NCBI GenBank assembly: GCA_047634585.1
Contig: JBLIAN010000014.1
Coordinates: forward strand, 18,110 to 82,109
Direction of reading: 5' to 3'
DNA length: 64,000 nucleotides
From: Sulfitobacter sp.
GTDB lineage: Bacteria; Pseudomonadota; Alphaproteobacteria; Rhodobacterales; Rhodobacteraceae
Below are positions 46,575 to 53,901 of the stretch, in pieces (position 1 is the stretch's first letter; each line of letters starts with the position of its first letter). Under the pieces are notes generated by a model that was not told the DNA's origin, ran no database searches, and was given only the letters and a program-made list of their open reading frames with translations. A program made the position numbers and the translations under genes.

Positions 46575-47951
46575 ATGAGCACCATCACCTGCATTTCCCC
46601 CATCGACGGGTCGGTCTATGCCGAACGCCCTGCCCTCAGCGCCGAGGCCGCACAGGCCGCCGTGGCCCGCGCCAAAGCGGCCGGGGCTGACTGGGCCGCG
46701 CGCCCTTTGGCCGAACGGGTGGCCCTGGTCATGGCGGGGGTCGCAAAAATTGGCGAAATGAACGATCAGATCGTCCCTGAAATCGCCCATCAGATGGGCC
46801 GCCCGATCCGCTATGGTGGCGAATTTGGCGGCTTTAACGAACGTGCCACCTATATGGCCGAGATTGCCGAAACCGCGCTGGCCGATATCGAATTGGAAGA
46901 CAGCGCCGCCTTTCGCCGGGTCATCAAACGGGTGCCGCATGGGGTGGTTTTGGTGATTGCGCCATGGAACTATCCGTTTATGACCGCGATCAACACCGTC
47001 GCCCCGGCCCTGATTGCAGGCAATACCGTGATGCTGAAACATGCCTCGCAAACGCCGCTGGTGGGCGAACGTCTGGCGCAGGCCTTCCATGCTGCGGGCA
47101 TTCCCGAAGCGGTGTTCCAGAACGTGTTTCTGGATCACCAGACCACCTCTGATCTGATTGGCGCCAAAAGCTTTGGTTTTGTAAATTTCACCGGATCGGT
47201 TGGCGGCGGCAAGGCAATTGAACGCGCCGCTGCGGGCACCTTTACCGGTATCGGGCTGGAACTGGGCGGCAAAGACCCCGGCTATGTCTGTGATGATGCC
47301 GATCTGGATGCGGCGGTGGATACCCTGATCGACGGGGCGATGTTCAATGCGGGGCAATGCTGCTGCGGGATCGAACGGATCTATGTTGCCGAACACCTGT
47401 TCGACAGCTTTGTCGCCAAGGCCGTGGCGATAGTGAACACCTATACATTGGGCAATCCATTGGACCCTGAAACCACGCTTGGCCCGATGGCACAGGCGCG
47501 TTTCGCCGACGAGGTCCGCGCCCAAACCGCCGAAGCCGTGGCCGCGGGCGCAACTGCCCATATTGATCCGGCCAATTTCCCACAGGATGGCGGGGCCTAT
47601 CTGATGCCGCAAATCCTGACGGGTGTGACCCATGACATGCGGGTGATGCGCGAAGAAAGCTTTGGCCCGGTTGTCGGCATCATGCCCGTGAAAGACGACG
47701 CCGAAGCGATTGCGCTGATGAATGACAGCACCTTTGGCTTGACCGCCTCGGTCTGGACACGGGATGCAGCCCGCGCCGAAGCGATTGGCGATCAGATCGA
47801 AACCGGCACGGTGTTTTTGAACCGCGCCGATTACCTAGATCCCGGTCTGTGCTGGACCGGCTGTAAAGACACCGGTCGGGGGGGTGGTCTGTCGATCATC
47901 GGCTATCACAACCTGACCCGCCCTAAATCCTATCACCTGAAGAAAGCCTGA
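46575..47951 (+). CDS. NAD(P)-dependent aldehyde dehydrogenase
   Basis: ELGGKDP and GQCCCGIER catalytic motifs. Confidence 0.9.
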   Translation: MSTITCISPIDGSVYAERPALSAEAAQAAVARAKAAGADWAARPLAERVALVMAGVAKIGEMNDQIVPEIAHQMGRPIRYGGEFGGFNERATYMAEIAETALADIELEDSAAFRRVIKRVPHGVVLVIAPWNYPFMTAINTVAPALIAGNTVMLKHASQTPLVGERLAQAFHAAGIPEAVFQNVFLDHQTTSDLIGAKSFGFVNFTGSVGGGKAIERAAAGTFTGIGLELGGKDPGYVCDDADLDAAVDTLIDGAMFNAGQCCCGIERIYVAEHLFDSFVAKAVAIVNTYTLGNPLDPETTLGPMAQARFADEVRAQTAEAVAAGATAHIDPANFPQDGGAYLMPQILTGVTHDMRVMREESFGPVVGIMPVKDDAEAIALMNDSTFGLTASVWTRDAARAEAIGDQIETGTVFLNRADYLDPGLCWTGCKDTGRGGGLSIIGYHNLTRPKSYHLKKA

Positions 47952-47955
47952 TCCG

Positions 47956-49101
47956 ATGACGCTTACTGCAAATTGGTCCTACCCCACCGCAATCCGTTTT
48001 GGCGCGGGGCGCATTTCCGAAATCGCCGATGCCTGCAAGGCGGCGGGCATGTCAAAACCGCTGCTGGTCACCGACCGTGGACTTGCGGAAATGGAAATCA
48101 CAACCCGCACCCTTGATCTGCTGGAAGCGGCGGGTCTGGGGCGTGCGCTCTTTGCCGATGTGGATCCGAACCCGAACGAGAAAAATGCCGCAGCGGGGGT
48201 GAAAGCCTATAACGACGGGGGCCATGACGGTGTGGTTGCCTTTGGCGGTGGCTCGGGCCTTGATCTGGGCAAACTTGTGGCCTTCCTTGCCGGTCAAACC
48301 CGCCCGCTGTGGGATTTTGAAGACATCGGGGATTGGTGGACCCGCGCGGATGCCGATGCGATTGCGCCGATTGTGGCAGTGCCGACCACCGCAGGCACGG
48401 GCTCAGAAGTGGGCCGTGCATCGGTGATCACCAATTCGGTGACCAAAGAGAAAAAGATCATCTTCCACCCTAAATTCCTGCCCAGCGTGGTGATTTGCGA
48501 CCCTGAGCTGACCATCGGCATGCCGCGTTTCATCACGGCGGGGACCGGGCTTGATGCCTTTGCCCATTGCGTCGAGGCGTTTTCATCGCCGCATTACCAC
48601 CCGATGTCGCAGGGCATGGCCCTCGAAGGTATGCGTCTGGTCAAGGATTACCTGCCGCGCGCCTATGCCGATGGCAGCGATATTGAGGCCCGTGCGCAGA
48701 TGATGTCAGCCGCGGCAATGGGCGCAACGGCGTTTCAAAAGGGGCTGGGTGCAATCCATGCGCTGTCCCATCCGATTGGCGCGATCTATCACACGCACCA
48801 CGGCACCACCAATGCGGTCTGTATGCCGGCGGTGCTGCAATTCAACGCCCCCGCGATCCGCGAAAAATTCGGCGATGCGGCGAACTACCTTGGTATTGCG
48901 GGCGGGTTTGACGGGTTCTGTGCCTTTGTCGATGAAATGAACGCGCTGTTTCAAGTGCCGCGCCGTTTGACAGATATGGGCATCGAAAACCCGGATATCG
49001 ACCGGATCGTTGCAGGTGCCTTGAAAGACCCAAGCACCGGCGGCAACCCGATTGAAATGACCGCAGAAAACACCCGCAAACTGTTGTTGCAAATCGTTTA
49101 A
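47956..49101 (+). CDS. Iron-containing (group III) alcohol dehydrogenase
   Basis: GGGSGLDLGK nucleotide motif. His-rich metal site (AFAHCVEA, HALSHPIG...HTHHG). Confidence 0.9.
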   Translation: MTLTANWSYPTAIRFGAGRISEIADACKAAGMSKPLLVTDRGLAEMEITTRTLDLLEAAGLGRALFADVDPNPNEKNAAAGVKAYNDGGHDGVVAFGGGSGLDLGKLVAFLAGQTRPLWDFEDIGDWWTRADADAIAPIVAVPTTAGTGSEVGRASVITNSVTKEKKIIFHPKFLPSVVICDPELTIGMPRFITAGTGLDAFAHCVEAFSSPHYHPMSQGMALEGMRLVKDYLPRAYADGSDIEARAQMMSAAAMGATAFQKGLGAIHALSHPIGAIYHTHHGTTNAVCMPAVLQFNAPAIREKFGDAANYLGIAGGFDGFCAFVDEMNALFQVPRRLTDMGIENPDIDRIVAGALKDPSTGGNPIEMTAENTRKLLLQIV

Positions 49102-49185
49102 AACACTCGCGGCAGGATCAGACGGTCAGGTACCTTTTGCGGATCTGGCCGTCTTTATGCGCAATCCCACCTCCCGGAGCCGGGC

Positions 49186-49722
49186 TTAGCGATAGACCCG
49201 ACAGCCGGTTTCGGTCAGCGCGCCTGTTTCAACAGGATGGCCACGTTTGGGGTTGATCAGCACCCGCTGGATGCCCGTCAACCGCCGCATACATTGATTG
49301 GCCGCGCCATTTCCGGCACGGCGCCCGTCCACGTAGATATCCAGCCAGACATAGCCTTTATAACCGCTGTGGCAGGGGCCGTTCTGGGGTGTGTTGCCAT
49401 CGCCACAGAGGTCTTCGACAATGGCGTATTTGCGCAGACGCGGGAAATAGAAACGGGTGCCCGCAGGAAAATCCATGATGCTGCGGCTGCCGCGTTTGAT
49501 ATGCCCGACCGCCAGTGTCACCGGATCGGCGTAGGTGCCTGTGCCGCCTGCCCCGCGATGCACAACCGGTCTGGCAATCGCTGTTGATCCGCGCGGCGTG
49601 TTGTCCCAATAGCTGTATCCAGTCAGGAAAGCGGTGAATTGCTGTTCGGCAAGCGCGGCACCTGCGCCCATCATCAGGCCAAGCGCCACCGCGACCTGCA
49701 GGCAGGTTTTTTTGATCTGCAT
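49186..49722 (-). CDS. Secreted hypothetical protein, possibly a 3D/double-psi-beta-barrel (MltA-like) fold
   Basis: Signal peptide MQIKKTCLQVAVALGLMMGAGAALA. The segment YAIVEDLCGDG...WLDIYV is reminiscent of the 3D-domain Asp pattern. Weak, by eye only. Confidence 0.4.
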   Translation of the reverse strand: MQIKKTCLQVAVALGLMMGAGAALAEQQFTAFLTGYSYWDNTPRGSTAIARPVVHRGAGGTGTYADPVTLAVGHIKRGSRSIMDFPAGTRFYFPRLRKYAIVEDLCGDGNTPQNGPCHSGYKGYVWLDIYVDGRRAGNGAANQCMRRLTGIQRVLINPKRGHPVETGALTETGCRVYR

Positions 49723-50472
49723 CTGAGTGATCCTCTTTGTTTCTTGGGGCCCGATGCAGCGCAAGCGGCCGTTTTCGGGTGCTGAGGAAACCTCGGAGAG
49801 TAAGTCTAACAAGCGGTTAATCAGACAGGCCCAAGCGTAGGGCATCGGGAAAGGCAGAGGCATATTCGGCGCTGTTTGCGCGACCCAGGGTTATTTGCCC
49901 CACGCCGGTACAGCGCAAGTCGGGTCAGCTAAGCGATTGTTTATGTGTGAAAACCCAGCGCCGACGCAGGTGCAGCCAATTTGACAGAATCACGTATCAA
50001 ATTTGCAAAACTTTCCCCCAAAAGATGTCCCTTACCATGCCAAAGCAACCTTAGGCGTAGTTCGCCATGAATAATCACCCGATTATGAGCAGATCAGCCG
50101 CCATCACGAAACAATGATGCCATATTGCAGGGCAAATCAGGGCATAAATGTGCCGTATGATGACACGCCCAATTTTAGACATATACTGAGCTCATTCCGT
50201 TCAAGATTGACAGGGTTCCTGTGGATCAGGGACGAAATTCTAGTGGGTGTTTCTGGAGGGTGGCCAGAAACATCCGGCGCGCACTGCCAGCGCGGACCCG
50301 CCAATGCGGCGGTGCCTGGGGGTAATGCAACCAACTAGACCAAATGGATCGGGCTATCGGATTTCGGGCGGTGCTTTCTTGGCATCACAGGGGTCTGTCC
50401 GGTTTCAAAACGTTGACCAAAGGCCACTGCCCAGATGATGCAAACAGTAACCACGCTTAAAGGACCACAGCG

Positions 50473-53400
50473 GTGAGCCGCCTGTCGCGTTCCTATACCG
50501 AAACCCGCGTAGCACGCGGCAAATCGGATCGCGTGTTTCTGGACCCCAGCAACCGCCGCCGGTCCCGCGTTCTGATCTCGGCGCTGACGCTGTTTACCGC
50601 TGTGGTGATCTGGCTTGTGGTATTTTCGATTTCGCTGGTGTCGACCCAAGGCATCAGGGCTGCCCTGCCGGACGAGATCATCACACTGAAAGGCGAGTTT
50701 CACCAGACCGGCGCAGTAAACCACGGCGATCATGCACATCCCGATGCAGGATCGGCCCTGCCTGCGATTGAACGCTATGCCTTGCAGGAAACCGCGAAAT
50801 ACCGCTGCAAGACCCCGGATGTTTCCGCCCCTGCCGCCACCGCCCAGCGCATCTATGCCGTGATCCCAAGCGACCTGCCCGAAGCCGCAGGCGCGTTGGA
50901 TCACAGCTGTGACACCGTCAATGTGGTGATGCCGATGTGGTTTGATCTGCGCACCCAGAACGATGCTCTGGATGTTGTCGGATTGGCCGACGACGCCCGC
51001 GAAGCGGTGCAAGATTATGTCGCCAACCAGACCGGTGCGGTTGAAACTCTGCCCATCCTGCAATTTGATCCGGCAACAGCGCGTTTTCTGGAAAGCGCAA
51101 AGGGGCGACGTGCGGTGGGGGTGGCGCTGTCACGCTTTGCTCAGGATCTGGCCAAAGACAACAAGGTGGTGGGGCTTTGTCTTGATGCCAGCCAATTGTC
51201 AGAAAAAGCCGGTGTCGCCCTTGGCGAGATTCTTGGTCCCTTTGGCAAGCGCATGGAAGATCTGGGTCTGCGGTCCTGTGCTGTGATCGCCGCGACCGCC
51301 AGCGACAACAATCTGCGTCTCGCCGATCATTTCCTTGATCTGGTGATGGTCAAAGGCTTTGACGAACCCTGGGTTGGCTCTGCGCCGCGCCCTGTGGCGG
51401 CACGGGACTGGTTTGAACAGCGGGTTGCCACGGTTCAGAAACTGATCAGCGCCGACAAGCTGGTGATCGCATTGGGCACCTTTTCCGTGGATTGGGTATC
51501 TGGCCGCGCCAAGCCCGAAACCCTGCCTTATGCACAGATCACCACGGCCCTGGCCGACAGCAAGGTCACACCGGTATTCATGCCCGCCGCCGGGGCGGCA
51601 CAGGCGGTTTATGTGGATGGCAAAGGCCGCCAGCACCGCAGCTGGATCATGGATGCGGCCTCTGCCCATAATCAGCTGATGTGGCTGAAAAAGACCAAGG
51701 TGCGCGGTGTCGGCATCTGGGGTCTGGGCTATGAAGATCCGGGCATCTGGGCGGTGCTGGATCAATCCCGCCTCGATCTGGCGCTGGATCCAGCCACCCT
51801 GGGCAACGTGGTCTTGTCCAACTATGTCGAACATATCGGTGCAGGCCCGTTTGTGGCACCTGTGTCGATGCCGATTGTCGGCCAGCGTGACGTGGTGATC
51901 GACCCGCAGACCAATCAGGTGATGGACATCACCTATGGACGGATGGCGCGGGCGGCTTCGGTGCGGCTTTATGGACGCGGCCAACCCAACAAGGTTGTGC
52001 TGACCTTTGATGATGGTCCGGTGCGCAATTACACCACTGAAACGCTGGATATCCTCAAGGAAACCAACACACCTGCCTCGTTCTTTGTGCTGGGCCATAA
52101 CGCGATCAAGAATCCTGATCTGATTGAACGCATCCTTGCCGATGGTCACGAGCTGGGATCGCATACCTATTGGCATCCGCATATGAACGATATTTCTGCC
52201 TCCCGGGCCACGGTTGAGGTGAATTCGGTGCAATTGCTGGTCAATGGCATTACCGGTCGCAGCATGCGCCTGTACCGCGAACCCTATATGCGCAGCGGTG
52301 GTCCGATCACCTCAAAAGAAGTGGCCTCGCTGCTGCCTTTGGAAGAGGCCGGATATATCATCGCGGGCATGGATGTGGTGCCGCGTGACTGGCTGACCGT
52401 AACCGCCCATGATCTGGCCGCTGAAATCATCAAACAGGTCGAAGAAAACGCTGGCGGCATTGTCTTGCTGCATGATGGCGGCGGCGATCAAAGCCAGACC
52501 GTTGCGGCCCTGCCGATTGTGATCAAGACCCTGCGCGACAAGGGCTATGAATTTACCTCCATTGCCGAATTTCTGGACACCACCCCTGAAATCCTGATGC
52601 CAAAGGTAGACGGGTTGAAATCAACCTTCAGCAATGTGTCTTTCAAGGCAGTTGGCAACAGCTGGTCGGTGGTGGAAATCACCTTCTGGACGGTGTTCGG
52701 CCTTGGGTTGTTGCGCGCAGTGCTGTTGCTGTGGCTGACCACCAAACGCAAACGCCATATGCCCAGCTATGCCAAAGACGTCCCCAGCGTCACCGTGGTG
52801 ATCCCCGCCTATAACGAAGCAGACGTGATCGCGGCCTGCATCGAACGGGTGCTGCAATCGCAATATCCCTATTTCGACATTATCGTCGTGGATGACGGAT
52901 CGACCGATGACACCTATGCCAAAGCCCTGCCCTATGCGAACCGCGCCAATGTGACGGTGCTGTCACAGGCCAATGGCGGCAAATCCTCGGCACTGAACCG
53001 GGCGTTGTTTGAAACCGAAAGCGATGTATTGATCTGTATTGATGCGGATTCACAGATTGCGCCGGATGCGGTCGGCCTGTTGGCCGGGCATTTCAACGAT
53101 CCGGAAATCGGGGCGGTGGCGGGCCGTGTGGTGGTGGGCAACCGCACCAGCATCCTGACCCGTTTGCAGGCGCTGGAATATATCACCGCCCAAAGCATCG
53201 AACGCCGCGCCAAGGAATATCTGAACGCAATCACCGTTGTGCCCGGTGCCATCGGCGCATGGCGCACCACCGCCGTGATGGAGGCCGGTATCTTTTCCAC
53301 CGAAACCCTGACCGAAGATGCGGATATGACCATGGCAATCATCCGCTCCAACTACCGGGTGATCTATGAAGAACGCGCTATCGCCAAAACCGAAACCCCA

Positions 53401-53901
53401 GCCACGGTAAGCGGCTTGCTGACCCAGCGGTTGCGCTGGTCCCTGGGGATGATGCAGGCAGGCTGGAAACATTTGGGCGCGGTGATCGAAGGGCGCAGGC
53501 TGGGCCTGGTTTCGCTGCCTGATCTGGCGATCTTTGGCTATCTGATGCCGCTTCTGGCCCCGATTGCCGATCTGTTCCTGATCATCCTTGCGGTCAGCTA
53601 TGTCTCTGGCTGGATCAATGGCACCGAACCTGTGATCACCACCGCGGTACCGCCCAGCCTGTTGCTGGCCTATCTGATCCTGCCGTTGCTTGAACTTATT
53701 ACCGTGTTCCTTGCCTTCAAACTGGACCCCAAAGAAGATCGCAGTCTATTGTGGCTTATCCCGCTGCAACGGCTGTTTTACCGCCAGTTGCTGTATATCT
53801 CGGTGATCCGCGCGATGTGGCGTGCCACAACCGGATCGCTTGCCAAATGGGGCCATGCGCAACGTGCGGGCTTTCAGTTCGACCAGACGAGACAGACATG
53901 A
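50473..53901 (+). CDS. Single-chain GH18-like + CE4 polysaccharide deacetylase + processive family-2 glycosyltransferase (membrane-embedded exopolysaccharide synthase)
   Basis: GTG start directly after an in-frame TAA, with an AAGGA RBS. One TM helix, then a GH18-like region (...GVGIWGLGYEDPGIW). CE4 motifs TFDDGP, HTYWH, REPY, LLHDG. A second TM segment, then GT2 motifs VIPAYNE, DDGSTDDT, DADSQ, TEDAD, QRLRW. C-terminal TM helices. Confidence 0.85.
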   Translation: MSRLSRSYTETRVARGKSDRVFLDPSNRRRSRVLISALTLFTAVVIWLVVFSISLVSTQGIRAALPDEIITLKGEFHQTGAVNHGDHAHPDAGSALPAIERYALQETAKYRCKTPDVSAPAATAQRIYAVIPSDLPEAAGALDHSCDTVNVVMPMWFDLRTQNDALDVVGLADDAREAVQDYVANQTGAVETLPILQFDPATARFLESAKGRRAVGVALSRFAQDLAKDNKVVGLCLDASQLSEKAGVALGEILGPFGKRMEDLGLRSCAVIAATASDNNLRLADHFLDLVMVKGFDEPWVGSAPRPVAARDWFEQRVATVQKLISADKLVIALGTFSVDWVSGRAKPETLPYAQITTALADSKVTPVFMPAAGAAQAVYVDGKGRQHRSWIMDAASAHNQLMWLKKTKVRGVGIWGLGYEDPGIWAVLDQSRLDLALDPATLGNVVLSNYVEHIGAGPFVAPVSMPIVGQRDVVIDPQTNQVMDITYGRMARAASVRLYGRGQPNKVVLTFDDGPVRNYTTETLDILKETNTPASFFVLGHNAIKNPDLIERILADGHELGSHTYWHPHMNDISASRATVEVNSVQLLVNGITGRSMRLYREPYMRSGGPITSKEVASLLPLEEAGYIIAGMDVVPRDWLTVTAHDLAAEIIKQVEENAGGIVLLHDGGGDQSQTVAALPIVIKTLRDKGYEFTSIAEFLDTTPEILMPKVDGLKSTFSNVSFKAVGNSWSVVEITFWTVFGLGLLRAVLLLWLTTKRKRHMPSYAKDVPSVTVVIPAYNEADVIAACIERVLQSQYPYFDIIVVDDGSTDDTYAKALPYANRANVTVLSQANGGKSSALNRALFETESDVLICIDADSQIAPDAVGLLAGHFNDPEIGAVAGRVVVGNRTSILTRLQALEYITAQSIERRAKEYLNAITVVPGAIGAWRTTAVMEAGIFSTETLTEDADMTMAIIRSNYRVIYEERAIAKTETPATVSGLLTQRLRWSLGMMQAGWKHLGAVIEGRRLGLVSLPDLAIFGYLMPLLAPIADLFLIILAVSYVSGWINGTEPVITTAVPPSLLLAYLILPLLELITVFLAFKLDPKEDRSLLWLIPLQRLFYRQLLYISVIRAMWRATTGSLAKWGHAQRAGFQFDQTRQT

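Noticed and set aside
50125-50185. Possible c-di-GMP (GEMM-I-like) riboswitch suggested by CAGGGCAAATCAGGGCA...GACACGCCCAA upstream of a polysaccharide synthase
   Set aside because: Only the GGCAAA fragment resembles the GEMM consensus. I could not draw the two conserved helices or the tetraloop/receptor, and the element lies about 300 nt from the start codon. It needs an Infernal/Rfam scan, and I treat it as unsupported.
50114-50438. Short ORFs (74, 65 and 63 aa) inside the long leader upstream of the synthase
   Set aside because: They have no Shine-Dalgarno sequence and overlap one another in different frames. They have no hydrophobic or otherwise protein-like pattern, and the region is better explained as regulatory or untranslated. 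A small protein cannot be fully excluded without Ribo-seq.
53751-53897. Upstream extension of the Tat-protein ORF, which the ORF track starts at 53751
   Set aside because: The extension overlaps the last TM segments and C-terminus of the synthase in another frame. The ATG at 53898 gives a canonical twin-arginine signal at the very N-terminus and an ATGA coupling junction.
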